Part shown: piece by piece, positions 12,881-26,640 of the stretch
Layout: every line of letters starts with the position of its first letter
Numbering within the stretch: the stretch's first letter is position 1
NCBI GenBank assembly: GCA_013239625.1
Contig: MU054391.1
Location: forward strand, 3,749,130-3,813,129
DNA from: Lama guanicoe
Taxonomy: Eukaryota
DNA: 64,000 nucleotides
Reading direction: 5' to 3'
Made by a program: the position numbers and the translations under genes
The notes under the pieces: model-generated
Databases searched by the model: none
The model's input: the letters and a program-made list of their open reading frames with translations, nothing else
What the model was told of the DNA's origin: nothing

Positions 12881-14049
12881 CTTGACCTTCCTGCTGATAA
12901 AGAAGGTTTTAGATGGACTCTTGGCACCAGGAGAACAGGGAGGATTCGGAAGTCTTGGTTCAGGATGAACGTCATTTAGGTTTGCAAGACAACTACAGGA
13001 TCCCCGTGGGCAAGGAGGCGGTGGCAGCAGGATGGGGTGGTCATCCCTGGATGTTGGCGTTTTGGAAGACAATGATCCCCTTTAATAAAGCGAGGTTGAC
13101 CTGTGCTTTATGGGCTTCTAAAGATGCCTCGAGTGCGAATAGTAACTGCGCAGCTATGGGAGGGGCTGCGTAAATTGAAATATGATGCATTATTTGCGGA
13201 GTTCAGAAGCATCACTGTGAAGTCCATTAATGGGCAGGGTTGGTGTTGGGAGAGGAGAGGCCGGGGGGCCAGGGACATCTAGCCCTGGAAGTGTTAGCCA
13301 CGCAAGATGACCACAAGGTACTTTGTCATTTTATTCTGGATCCCTTTGCCCAGTTCAGGTTCAACACTGTAGAGCAAGCCGACGTGAGTACCAGAGGGTG
13401 TCATCTTACCAGCAACGCCACTCAGAAAGAAGACCAAATGCAGTTGGGGTTTTGAAAAGTCAGAATGGAGAGCTTACTGCGGTTTCTCCACTGTGTGAGT
13501 GAGTGAACTAAATGTGAGGATTAACAGGATGTTTTGTTTATAAATTGTTCCAAGATGGGGAATAATCGTATTTCATAATCTTTGAAGAGATTTCATGGGA
13601 AAGCATTTCATAGTCCTTTTTCTTCCTTTTTTTTTCTTTTATTGTAGGGAATCAGAAAGCTTCCAACAGAGCAGAGGAGAAATCATAAGTACACGGTCTG
13701 AGGAAGGTTCTTATTCTCTTATGGAACAGGATACAAAGGTGGTCCTCTTTATTAAAAGGATCACAAAATCCATAGACCTCAAGAGCAGGTATTGGAATTG
13801 AATCTAGACTTCTTGAGCCCACAGCTGCCTCTCTGGCCAGGGAGATGGCAGTGTGGGGAGGGCATGGACATCGTCCAGGACTTCCATTCAGAGATCTGAG
13901 CACCACCTCAGCCAGAACATCCGTGTTGTCTTTAAATTCATTAACAGTGAATCAACAGTGGGCTTTCTGGATCCACGGAGGAGCTGTTGCTACTCTTCAC
14001 CTCCAAGTTGGAGTTCCTAAAGCTTACCCATTAAGCTGGTTCCTTAATT

Positions 14050-17000
14050 TTTTTTAAATATGCATGTGCATATAGTAAAATTGTTAAACTGTAACTATAG
14101 AGAATTTATTTTCTTAAATACCAATTTAAATGCTTTCTCTCTTTGTCCTCTCCAGAGAAAACCACTATTAACTTTTAATTTTTTTGTTAGTTTAGTCATC
14201 TAGAAAATCTAGTGCACATGAAAAGATACCCATTTTAAATCTGAGCCAGATTTATGCTGTAATGCCATTCTTAGCAGAGCTCTTGAAGAAATGTATTAGG
14301 TAGGAACCTTTTTATGAAACATAATGAATGCATGTCCATGAACATGTCTCTTCAACAGAAACGTCATCAACACTGTGACATTCCTCTGGGAGGACGTGGA
14401 GGTTCTCCCTCATCTGACTGCCGTTCCTCCGCACGATCATTTAATCTTCCCTTGCTATTCTTGGTAGCCTGTGTCCCTAAAGTATGTACCATATTACTCG
14501 TTAAAAATGGCGTCCTGCGGGGGGTAGACTTGTGCACTCAGTGTCTTGTGTCTAAGGTTTAAGCAGCTTGTTCTGGGTAGCTAGCATTATTCATCTCCCT
14601 TACATAGTATGTGATAAGGTTAACCCCCGGCGATTCCTGCTTCCTCCTGCCCGTGGGTGCCTATCTCTGCTGCACATACGCGTTTTTCCCTCTTGGTTGT
14701 GTACCTAGGAGGAGCATTGAGGCCCAACGGAAGGCTGATCCATGACCAGCTTTAGAAGACAGTGTCCATAGTGATTGCATCAACCCACGTTGTCGTCAGC
14801 GGTGCGTGACAGCTTCCTCTGAGATTCACACCGGTCTTACCCCAACGCTTGGTGTTATTGGACTTTTTGATTTTTGTCAAATGAATAATGAAGCGAATTT
14901 AGTGTGCCAGCGATCTTGAGCTTCTTCCCACATTTTTAATTGCCATCGTTTCACCTGCTGTGAAAGGCGTGTGTATCTCTTTTTCTAGTTTTCCAGTGGA
15001 TTGCATATTTTTCCTCCATTGATCTGAAAGCATTCTCTTTATATTCTGAAGACTTGTATTGTTGGTTTCATGTGCTAAAAACATTACCTTCTAGTGTGTG
15101 CCATGTATTTTCACAAGGTGACTTTTGATGAATAGAAGGTCTTGATTTCAATGTATTTAGTGTATCAGCCTTGCTTATTTATAGTTAGTCTTTCTGTAGA
15201 TACTTTTCTGTATCCCAGGGTTATAAGTTACTCCCTTAACTTTCTTTTTATCAGCTTTTAAATTATTTGGAATTAATTTTTGTGTGTGAGAGGGAATCCA
15301 ATATTATTTTTATCCACAAGGCATAATCATTCACTTGATACCATTTATTGAATAATCCTTTTTTTCCCATTGATCTGAGATAACACACTTGTAATGTGCT
15401 GTTTGCTGGGTGCATGGGTTTGTTTCTGTGTCTTCTGTAGTTGTGCCGTGGTTTATTTGTCCGCTTCTGTGTCACACAGCCTGCTCTGACTTTCTGCAGC
15501 TCTCTGCGTTCTTCGTATCTGGTCCCTTCACCGTTTCCCTCTTAGGGGGTAATGTTTGGCTCTACTTGGGCTTTTGTCCTTCTATAGAAGTTTTAGAGTT
15601 AGTTTATAGAACAGCAACAGCAACAGCAATAATCAAAATAACAAGACTTGTGTGGCATTTACTTGGACTGCATTCAATCTGTAGCTCACTTGAGAAGGAA
15701 TTGACTCTTTTTGATATTGAGTTTGCCTATCCATGAACATTGTATCACCAACTATAGATTTATCTTTCCCCACATGTTTTTGGGGAAAGTTTATCCTCTT
15801 CTGTAGATAGATGTTACTCATTTTCTGTGTCCTCCTAGGTACAGATAACATAGGTTTGCTCCTAGCCACGTTAGTTTTGGGATGCCTTTGGAGATGGCAT
15901 CTTTGCTGGAGGATGAAAGCATCATTGACATTTAAAGATTAATCTTGCATCCAGTTACTTCAGTATTTCTAACATTTTGTCTATAGATCCTCCTATATGT
16001 AAAAAGTCATTTGTCAGTAATTAAAGTATTGCTTATTCCTTTTCAGTTCTCACATTTTCTTTTTCCTGTGTTTCCTGTTTGAGTTAGGACTTCCAGTACA
16101 AAAATGAATTGAAACAATAGAGGATAGCTCTTCATTGTTCCTGATCTTTATAAGGAATGTTCTAATTTAGTTAAGAATGATGTTTGCTGTCACTTTTTTC
16201 CAGTTACCTTTTATTGGTTAAGGATGTTCCCTTATGTTTCTGTTTTGCAGAATTTTGTTTTCCTTTTTTATTCTAAGTGCATGTTGAGTTTTATCAAAGG
16301 CTGCTCTGCATCTGTTAGGACGGCCATATGATTTCTACCATTTTCCTCTTACTATGTTAGAGTACACATATGACTTAGTCTAATGGTAGACTCTGTTCAG
16401 CTCCTAGGATAAATCTAGCCTGTTCAACTTAATTTTTTTCCCCTAAATACATGTCTGATGCACATCTGTATTCTATTTGCTCTTATTTTCTTTTAAATTT
16501 TTGTTTCTTTACTCATGAGTGAGGTTAGCCTATATTTTTCCTTTAACTGCTTTTGTCTGATTCAGAGGATTTTTCTGCCCTATTTTTCTTCTTTTTCCTA
16601 TTTCTTGCAAGATTTGTGTATGATTTGAATTATCTGCTCTTGAAATTTTGGTAGTACTCAGCTAAAAACAAGAACTAATTTTTCTAGGCTTATAAAATTA
16701 TTTGAACTCATTTCTTTTTTAACTGATTTTTTTCAGTTTTCTTAAATTATGTTTTTCTAGGAGTATAATCATAGTTCCCTCTTTTTCAAGTTAAAATAAG
16801 CATAAAATTATTTGTTTAGCTTTAAATCCCTCCTCTGTTTCATTACAAAATATAGTTTACTTGGGCCATATCTCTTTTTTCTTCCTTGACCAACCTGCCA
16901 GATAGTGTATGCTTTATTATTATTTTCAAAGAAAAATACTTTTGACTCTTTATTTTAACTTTATTTTGTGTTATATTTATTTTTGTTTTTATCTGTTAAT

Positions 17001-18200
17001 AGGACTTTCCTTCTGCTTGCTTTGTGTTTATTCTGCTGTTGCTTTTCTAACTTCTTAAGCTAGAGACAGCTCAGTAATTTTTAGACTTCTTTTTAAAACA
17101 TAAGCATTTAAGTTTATGAATTTCTCTCTCAGCACTGCTTTAATGGCATCTCATAGGTTTTGTTACATAAAATTCTCAGCATTGTTTAGATATGTTTTTA
17201 AAGTTCTATGTTTTCTTCCAAACCCATGAGTTTCTTGATTAGTCTTCTACAGTTTTCCAGCATGGAGAATCTTTCCATTATTGGTGTCTGTCTTAACTGC
17301 ACTGATCCGTATGATACCAGTTGTCAGAAATGTGCTGATTCACTCTTTATGTCCTTGTGTAATGTCAACTTTTGTAAATACTGTATGTATTTTTAAGAAG
17401 ATTGTGGATTTTCAGTTTGCTGATTATGAGAGTCACCTAGGTCCATTAAACTTAGACTGTTAGTAGCACTTTCCATATCTTCTGTATTTTTCCCCATTTT
17501 TTTTGGTTGCTAAATTAAACTATATAGTGAAGTTCCCCACTGTGATGTCATTTTTTTCAGATTTTTCATTTTTTTTCAGAAACTGTATCATTTTTGCATT
17601 CTATATTTTGAGGCTATTTGCTATATACAAATTTAGGATTATTATAGCCACATAATGAATCGGATCTTTTATTGTTATGAAGTTGCCTTTTACCCTAGTT
17701 ACGATTTTTGCTTTAAATCCTCTTTTATCTGACAACTTTCTTCTGGTTGCATTTTCCTGGATCACCTTTCTCCATCCTTTGACTTCCGATCTTTCCAGTT
17801 TCTTATGGTTTTGTGTGCATCTCTGTTTTTAAAATTCAATTTTATCATTTCTTTCTTTTCACTGTTGAGTTTAATCAGTTTTTTTCTTATACTATTTAAT
17901 AGAGTTGGATTTTTTCCTCTAAATTATTTTTATACTATTTTCTTTCTTGCTTTCTTTATACTATTTTCTTCCTTGCTTCTTAAAACTTCTTTTTCAAGTG
18001 CATGGTTGTCCTTGTACAATCGGGAGGCCACACATTTAACTTCTCTTCTCTTAGTGGATACTGCTGAAATTTTACCATGAATACCTAAGGTCTAAAATGA
18101 ATGTTTTAACTCCTTTGTTCTCAAAATACACAAAAGCCTTAGAACACTTGTAATTGACTTAGAAATTTATCAGCTAGATGTGCTTATTTTTTTAATTTTT
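14050..18200 (-). mobile_element. Very old L1 (L1MC/ME-type) relic(s), antisense, ~4 kb T-rich block
   Basis: T-rich plus strand with L1 motifs (ccatttattgaataatcc; actgcattcaatctgtagctc; aggacttccagtacaa; taagaatgatgtttgctgt; agcactgctttaatggcatctca). May be several fragments. Confidence 0.75.
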
Positions 18201-18694
18201 AGTTCAATATTTTAACCGGACTTCAGTTATTTTCAGGGTGAGAGACCTTTATAGACTCTAATGCATCATACTGAAAGAAGTCGATCTGTCCCAGTTTTGT
18301 TTTTAAGTAATTACATCTTCGTTGCTAGTGAAGATACGGATAGTTTCCAAGCCCATTTCAGTATTCAGCATCGCAGAAGGCAATGACCCTTCCCTGCCCC
18401 TAGGGAGGTTCTCATGGCTCCTACATAGATGGTCAGCGAAGTGGGCGCAGCAGGTGCTGATGTAAAGAAATATCTGTTGGTCAGTGTGGACTGGATGGCT
18501 GGCCCCAGCTTAACCTGTATGTAAGTAGAGGGGCCCCTTCATGCATTCTGCAAACGAATAGAAAGGACACAGCAGTGTTCAAATTAGTTCTTATTAGCAT
18601 GGTGTTCTAGACACTTACATTTCCTATGATTTCATTTACCCTTATTTTCTATAGTGTTTCAACATTTACAAAGAGAGTCCCACCAACTCCCCTC

Positions 18695-18773
18695 AAAAAA
18701 AAAAAAAAAAAAAAANNNNNNNNNNNNNNNNNNNNNNNNNNNNNNNNNNNNNNNAAAAAAAAAAAAAAAAAAA
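18695..18773. other. Poly-A tract containing a 39-N assembly gap (18716-18754)
   Basis: A21, N39, A19 read directly. Confidence 0.97.
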
Positions 18774-21112
18774 GAGGCCAAGAGTGTGTTTCTTAAAAAA
18801 GAAATCTCTGTCGCTTGTTTCTCTCGGTGACGTGGAGTTCTGGGACACACATGCCAGGGTTTCATTATCAGATGTGTGTACTTGGTGTCCAAGGCACGAT
18901 GCCCAACCCTGGGAGGGCGAGGTCAGAGCTTCCTCCTCTCTGGATTGTGTCCCTGCAAGGCAGCCCCGATGTGTCTGGATGTAGAGTCACAGGACGTTCT
19001 GCTTGGAAGGAGCCACGTTGCTCACGTAGCACAGCGGTTTCCAAAATTATTTGAGGTGGCTTAGTAATCCTTTCTTCAGAGATGTCTTGTGGAAGCTTGA
19101 TGTTTTAAGAATAAATAGGCTCAGACTGGAACAAGCTTGGGGTCCTTGTGCCCCGCCACCTAAGTACCCCTACCCTCTGCTGCCCCGGCCCTCCAGGGAA
19201 AGCCAGGAACTGCAGGACCCACACAAAAGGCCTTTCCATTTAACCCCCAGTCCAGCAGAGGAGAAGCAGGAAGCTCCGGTGGGTCACAAGGCTGGATGGC
19301 AGCTGGACCAGAGTTCCGGTCTTTGCGGCCCCTTCTAGGCCCTCCCACCACCAATTGTTCATTTACAACCAGGCAGAGCTGCTCCTTCGTACAAAGTCAC
19401 TAGGAAGCGAGTCCCACATGTCCATGTGTATTATTTCCTTTATATTCAGACCACGTCTAGTTGTTTTGTGTGGGTGACCCCAGTTTTCCACCTAGACTTG
19501 CCATGTCCCATCTCTTCTTAAACCCCAGCCCTGGGACTGCTGCCTGCTCTGGGGGTCTTCCCAGACTGTGGAAAAGGTGGCCGGTAACAGGGACGGGGAC
19601 AGAAAGCCTCCTTTTGTTCTCTGTCCTGTGTCTGCTTCAGGCCCTTCGCTGCTGGTCACAGAGGGACCGATTCCTTCAAGCAGACAGACCGCATGCTATT
19701 TCTGTGCTGTAAATTTCCAAGTCTTCTCTCCCGGCCACCTCGCCAACCACACGCTGGAATAAGAAGTGTGTTTGCAGCTATAATCAGCACACTTAAATGC
19801 TAGTTAAATTCAGAGTGAGCCCAGAATCCACGTGGCTCTGGACTCCGAAAGAAGCTATAAAAATATCACGTGGCTGTGGGTCCTCTGAGACCTTTGACAA
19901 CTAGGAGATGGCTCTGAACCTTTTTAAGGTTTATGGCTGTCCCCAAATAGCCCAGATTACACGGCAAGCGGGGTCTGATTCACAGAGGATTGAATCTGAC
20001 AGCAAGGAGTCTTGGCTGCGGACTGGCAAATTCCTTTCTTGTTTTTAGTTTTCTGGGACAGGATGCACAGTAATGGTCATTTATCTTCCTGTAAATTCTT
20101 CGAGGACAGCGCCTTCCTTAACTGTCTTGGTATCCTCCATGTCTGGCACATGTATGCACCTGAGATAGCTGTGAACTGGCGGAACTGGAGAGTCAAGATG
20201 CTGAGAGCAGGAGGAGGCGTCAGCCCCCGCGTTGTTGCTCCCACGTATACACCCTGATGACTTGGTGTTTCATGTATGTAAGTGATCTCATCCGTCCCCA
20301 TGACCGCCCTGGGAGGAGTGGGGCAGCTGTTATTAATCCCAAATGAAGGATGATGGTACAGAGGCTTCCAGGGGCTTGTGGCATCATTCAGGAGCTCATG
20401 GATTTAACATGCAGTCGGGTCTTGAGTCCGGGTCTCCTGACTCTTAGGGATTCTTTCCATTTCTCTGCTGGTATATCCTGAAAATGCTCCGTTGTCATCT
20501 CCTGGGAGCGCTGCTCAGCTTCAGCATAAGGCTCCTGGAAGGCTTGGTGGTTTACAGTCTGTTCCTCGTACATTACATGTTTCACTACATACGTGCACCA
20601 TGGAAAACGGTGAGGCGGGCACTCCTGAACTGCTGATCTGCAGCAAGGTTCTGACTGTTTCCTCTGCCCCTGGTGCTGTGGAGTAGTCGTGCTCAAATGA
20701 CAAACATGCTCTCTGTTCCAGACTCCAGCAGTGGCTCCCAGAGCCTCCAGGGCCAAGTTCAGAGTCTTTATCTGACCTCACCAGGCAGCTCCTGGCCAAC
20801 CGCAGCCTCGTCTACACTCAGGCCCTCAGCACACACCTGCCCGGAGTCCGAGGATTGACGGCTCAGTGGTTCCTCCCAGGATCACGTGCCTTCAGGAAGC
20901 GTGTCCTGAGAGCCAGTTAGCTGGGGGAGCCCCTTCCCTGTGCCCTGGGCTGGCCGCAGCCCGCAGCCTTCCTGCCTGTAGTCACAGACTTGCCCCGCTG
21001 TGAGTGGACTGCGAGCTCAGTGCGGGAGCCCTGCATCTCCTCCGGCTTTGAGGTCGCCTGGAGGTGTGCATGCACTTTGTACATGTTTGCTGCGAGAATT
21101 AACTGCATTTTT

Positions 21113-21270
21113 TTTTAAGATAGCTATAGAATTCTGTTTTTAAAACTTTTTGCGGGGAAAGGTAATCAGGTTTATTCATTTATTTATGTTTTGGAGGTAC
21201 TAGGGACTGAACCCAGGACCTCGTGCGTGCTAAGCATGTGCTCTAGCACTAAGCTGCCCCTTCCCTGCTG
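21113..21270 (-). mobile_element. tRNA-Ala-derived camelid SINE (Vic-1 type)
   Basis: Antisense tRNA-like head (ggaggtactagggactgaacccaggacctcgtgcgtgctaagcatg) with AT-rich tail. Flanking repeat aactgcattttt / aactgcgttttt (21101, 21271). Confidence 0.85.
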
Positions 21271-24024
21271 AACTGCGTTTTTAAAAATTCCCTTTTGAAT
21301 TCTCTGGCGTGCGCGCATGCGTGTGTGAGTGAAGTGTGGCTATTTGGAAGGATGTGACGGAGAAGGGGGAGCTTGACAAGGGGATGACGCCGAGGGAGCC
21401 TGGTCTACCTGATGTCCACTTTGGCCTTGGTCCTGCTCAAAGTACCCGATGCACAGAGGATGCTGTGGCCTCTGCCGGGGTGGGGAGTGGGGGGAGCCCC
21501 TCCGTGGTTGGTCTCTGTGGTCCCGAGCAGCTCTGCGATGCGCTGTGACACAGAGCTGGCTTCCACGTGTTTATGGGCTTGAATAACACTGTAATTTCTC
21601 TAAATACTTAGACTTTTTGAACCCTTTTGGTTTGGGGCCTCTCATAAACCCTAGAGAACACTTAATGAGCACTGACTACAAATGCTTTCATTTTCAGTAA
21701 AAGAAATGTGCCTGTGTCCACCCTTCCCAGTCTCTGAACCGTGTTGTCCTGGGGGCACCGTGGGGGCCGTGCCCCCCGCTCCCCCAGCGCCCAGTCCCGA
21801 CTTGTCTGTTTCCAGCCGCCCGATCCTGGGTCCTCAGCTTTTCTCCTGGACTGAGGCCACCTCGTCTCGGCTGTGCCCAGTCAGGCAGGGACAGGCTGGA
21901 GGGTGGGGGAGGCAGGGGAGGTTCTGGGAAGCATATGGGTCCCTGGGGGCCTCTGTCCTGTGGGGAAGCTGACAGATGGACACCCAGCGGTCTGGGGTGT
22001 GGCTGCTGGGCGCGGGCACACTGTTCCCAGGAGGCTGGGGCTCATCCCTCTCCGCCCTGCCCGGCCACCCCTCCCCAGACCCTGCCAGCCTGCTGCTCCC
22101 GTGGAGGCTGGGAAATGTCCCGAAGGTAAAATGGAAAAATTTAAGGACAGACCCCAGCTAACTTGCCAGCTGCCATGACAGAGACAGGATGGACAGACAG
22201 ACAGAAAGGACCAGCCTCCCTCGTGCTCCTTCCCCACCTTAACCATCACCTGGTTAGAGAGGGTAAAACGTCCTGTTACAGGTGGAGTGGCCTCCTTCAA
22301 AGGAAGTTCCTGAGCTCCCTGTAGACCCCTCAGCACAGCCCTTGTGAAGGTGGCCCAGGGACCCCTCCCCGAGGCGCCCTGGGGAGCTCCGGGGCCGGGG
22401 CGTCGCATAGCCAGGCTGTGACTCGCACCTTTAACTGCTCTGCGGCGGCCTCTCTCCTGAATCAGAGCGGCAAGCTCATGGGACTTTGATGTGGCTTTTC
22501 GTGCCAGGCCAGGGCCTCAGGGTCCACTATTCTGGGAACATCCATGTGACCACAGTTGGCTTCCCACGGGGTCCCGGGCTGGCCGCTCCCTCCCAGTCCT
22601 TCCCGGGGACCTCGGCAGGATGTGCGAGTGGCTTGGCAGCACAGGGATACCCGTGTCCCGACCCCGGGTTCCGGGTGCACGTGCCTGAAAATACGGGATT
22701 TGGAGGAATACGGAGCCTCTCGGTCCTTGGTTTTGTCCGTCGGGGAGGCGGCGTTACCAGGCCCAAGGCCTGTCCACAGCTTCAGGGTAAGTCGGAGGAT
22801 CTCAGACCCGCAGGGGCCGCGGCAACGGAGAGAGGCCACCTGTCTACAAAACGCTTTTGTTTTGTCAGTGGAACTTTTTTCCCCCAGACCAAATACCGTG
22901 TGTGATCTGAGCTGAACTGGAGGATGCAGAACCCTCTTCCTTCTACCTTGAATCCCAGGCAGCCCCTGGGACCCCTTCCTGGTCCTGGCCAGCCTGCTTA
23001 CCTGCACAGGCACACAGATGGACAGATGCACAGACGGACAGACAGACAGACATGCAGACTCGGGGGGCGGAGGCCCGAGGGGCCTGGCGGGCTGTCCGGA
23101 CACCCGTGGGGGTAAGTGCAGCATGAAGGAGGAAGGCCAGTCCGCTGTCTTCCCGCCTGCGGTCCATACACCCAGCTTGGTCACAAGCAGTCACCAGCTC
23201 TGTGCCGCCTTCACGGCCGGTGGCCCAGGTGTTGGGGTCCTGGTGGCCTCAGGCTGTCAGGGAGCTGAGGCTTCACTTTTCTCCTCCTGGGCCAGAGCTG
23301 CTGCCTGTGCTGAAAAGGGCTAACTTTGTCAGCACCTGGGACCGTGAGGGGTGACCAGCCCTGTGGACCACTTCTTAAAAACACGTGCACTTAGGATGTG
23401 GTGTGTTTATGTGACCCTTTGCTTCCTAAGGCCTCCCCAGCCCTGTGACTCTAAGAGTTGATTTTTCTTTAGGAAAGTACAGAAGGCCTCGTGTTTGAGA
23501 GGAAGCTCTGTGACACTGGGGACTTTGGAAGATGACATGGGAGCAAGGGAGGTAGAAAAGCACACTGCGTTCTGTTTTGGTCTCTTGCTCATTGAAGCCC
23601 TTTAATTTTCTATCTTCCTCCTTCTCCCCTGGGACGGGTTGGGAGGATGGACAGCCCTGTTGGAGACGTTTGTTCCTTTGCAAGGAGGTCTTCACCGCAG
23701 AGCCAAGCCCTCTGAGGTTTCCAGGTCAACACTGGCCCGTGTTCATATGTTTTGAAGCTTAGCCTGACAGGAGTTTACTCTGAGGCTCGGATGGCACACT
23801 GGGAAGGGAGCCTCTGCCTCTGTTTTTCCAGAGCAGCGCAGGGGGCGCAGGTCCAGCAGGGTCTCCCTGCGCGGCTCTTTCTTCTTGGCAGTGAGAGCGG
23901 CCAGGCATGCGCTGTGGGGCTGGAGACACTTGACCTGGTCTTGAACATGGAGAGATGCAGTCATGACTCGGGCGTGTTGGAGGGCAGGGGAGGGTGTGGG
24001 AGCCAGAGGAGCGGTCATCGCTTT

Positions 24025-25215
24025 TTCTGATACAAGTAGAGTTGACTTTACAAGTTGTGTTAGTTTCAGTGATTCAGTTATACACACACACATATATATA
24101 TATTCTTCATTATAGGTTGTGATAAGGTTTTTTTTAACTTTTTTTATTGAGTTTAGTCATTTTACAATGTGTCAAATTCCAGTGTACAGCACAATTTTTC
24201 AGTTATACATGAACCTACATATATATTCATTGTCACTTTTTTTTCGCTGTGAGCCACCACAAGATCTTGTATATATTTCCCTGTGCTACGCAGTATAATC
24301 TCGTTTATCTATTCTGCATATGCCTGTCAGTATCTACAGATTTTGAAATCCCAGTCTGTCCCTTCCCACCCTTCTCCCCCTTGGGAACCACAAGTTTGTA
24401 TTCTATGTCTATGAGTCTGTCTCTGTTTTGTATTTATGTTCTTTTTTTGGGGGGGGTTTCCACATGTAAGCAATCTCATATGGTATTTTTCTTTCTCTTT
24501 CTGGCTTACTTCACTTAGAATGACATTCTCCAGGAGCATCCGTGTTGCTGCGAATGGTGTTATGTTGTCGGTTTTTATGGCTGAGTAGTATTCCATTGTA
24601 TAAATATACCACATCTTCTTTATCCAGTCATCTGTTGATGGACATTGAGGCTGTCTCCATGTCTTGGCTATTGTAAATAGTGCTGCTATGAACATTGGGA
24701 TGCAGGTGTCATTTTGAAGTAGGGTTCCTTCTGGGTATATGCCCAGGAACGGGATTCCTGGGTCATATGGTGAGTCTCTTCCTAGTCTTTTGAGGAACCT
24801 CCATACTGTTTTCCACAGTGGCTGCACCAAACTGCATTCCCACCAGCAGTGTAGGAGGGTTCTCTTTTCCCCACAGCCTCTCCAGCACTTGTCATTTGTG
24901 GACTTTTGAATGACAAGGTATTGAATACAGTCCCCTGAGCTCTGCAGCAGGACCTTTCTGTTTATTTATTTTATTATATAGTAGTTTGTATTTGCTAATC
25001 CCAAACTCCTAATTTATCCCTTCCCTTTCTTTTCCTTTTGGAAACATAAGTGTGTTTTCTATGAGTCTGTTTCTGTTTTGCAAATAAGTTCATGTGTATC
25101 AATTTTTTTTTTTAGATTTCACCTGTAAGTGATATCACATGGTATCTGTCTCTCCACTTGACTTGCGTCACTCAGTATAACCGTCTCTAGGTGCATCCAT
25201 GTCGCTGCCAATGAG
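24025..25215 (-). mobile_element. Older L1 3' end, antisense, split by a younger L1 insertion
   Basis: L1 3'UTR 24025-24127 resumes at ~24911 (tgacaaggtattgaatacagtcccctg...ctaatcccaaactcctaatttatccc) and runs to ~25215. Confidence 0.8.
24128..24910 (-). mobile_element. Younger 5'-truncated L1 (ORF2 C-terminus plus 3'UTR), antisense
   Basis: ORF 24327-24830(-) translates to recognisable L1 ORF2p C-terminus ([12 protein letters not shown]...PMFIAALFTIAKTW...WIKKMWYIYTMEYYSAIK). Poly-A tail appears as a T-tract at 24128. Confidence 0.92.
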
Positions 25216-26429
25216 AGGGGCCGTCCCCTTGCCCGCTGCCTGGTGTTTATTTCCTCTCACCAGCCCTCAGCTTCCTCATCTATAAAAGGAGCAGGTGCTG
25301 GTGCTCGTGTCTGTCGAAACCCTCGGGGCCCTGGCACGCGGCTGAGTGTGCACTTACTCCCGTCCCCTGGGCGGGTGCGTATGTTGCAGGCGGGGTGTCG
25401 GGAACTCTGCTGGGTTCACATTCACAAGTGGTTTGTTTTCTTCCTTCAGCGTGAAAGGAAGAACAGAAGAAAGTTCTGTCTGCCTATTATTCTGAACTTG
25501 GCAGTGAAGGGATTGTGTGTCGTCACTGGTCAGTGTGACGCCCGTTTTGGGGGGGTGTGTGTGTGCGTTACTGGAGAAAGCTTTAAAACAACCCGCTTAA
25601 GTGTTTGAAATAAACCCAGCCCCCTTTGATGTCTCTCTTGGCTTGTGGATTTATCGTTTGTCTTCTTTATGCCCTTTCTTGTATTTTCTCCTTTGCAACA
25701 TCAAGCGGTGCTTTTGCAACTGGAAAAGAAACAATGACATGCTTTTCTCTTGTTTAAGCGTGATGTTAAATCAGTCCGTGGGTTTCTCACTGCCTCTTAC
25801 TGCATTGCAAAAAAGGTCGGCTGCTTCATAGGTATTTTTGATTTGTATTTAGATTACGTTTTATTTCTTTAGTTGTTCTCAGATGTTAAAGTGATAATGG
25901 GCAGCACAGATCTGACCAGGAACAAACAAGTTACTTTCTCAGGGGTGGAGGCATTTTATTTTTGCGGCTGCGTTCGTGTAAAAGTACACTCTGTGTCTCA
26001 AAACACGGTCTGTCCAGCTAAGATTTGCATCGAGTGTCGACTACACTCTGTGAGCAGAGCTTCTGGGATCCAAAGGTTTTTGACGTAGATGTAGCTTTGC
26101 AGAGATTTCTGTGCGTTTGGAGAGATGAGCCGAGCCTGATAAAGACATCATTGATACTTTGTTTCAAGAGACGTGAGACACTAAGAAACGGGGACTCGCC
26201 TGAGGGGGATCTGACCGCAGGGGGGCTCCGGCAGAGTTGTGCTTCCATTTCCAGCACGTGGTTTGTGACTTTCCATCACTGCCTGGCCCTCCTGGCCTCT
26301 CTTTCCTCTCACACAGCAGCGTCCTACCAGCCCTACAGCCCGGCACACACAGCGCCTCTTCCGTGAGGCTTTACGATGAGTTCACCCAGAAATGCCGTGT
26401 CTCCTCCGGGAGGTCCCGGCGGCGGGCGC

Positions 26430-26640
26430 TGCTGTGGAGGCAGCATTAGCCCCGGGGTCTGATTGGCGTGTGGGCACCTCCCCGTCGTTTACTAAGCACC
26501 GTAAGATTTTATGAGAGCTCTGTAACTTTCTGACGATCGGTTTCCTCACGTGCAAAGTCAGGGTAACAAAGACTGCGCTGGACTGTGCTGATGGCTGAAT
26601 CAGTGTAAACAGGCAAAGCGCCTGGGAGTTACTGGGCAAC
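26430..26640 (+). mobile_element. MIR SINE relic
   Basis: Degenerate core (taactttctgacgatcggtttcctcacgtgcaaagtcagggtaacaa). Confidence 0.45.

Noticed and set aside
22462..23323. Several long overlapping ORFs (up to 240 aa)
   Set aside because: GC-rich, stop-poor sequence open in several frames on both strands, with no protein-like signature.
24327..24830. 167-aa ORF as a host gene
   Set aside because: It is the L1 ORF2p C-terminus of a truncated element.
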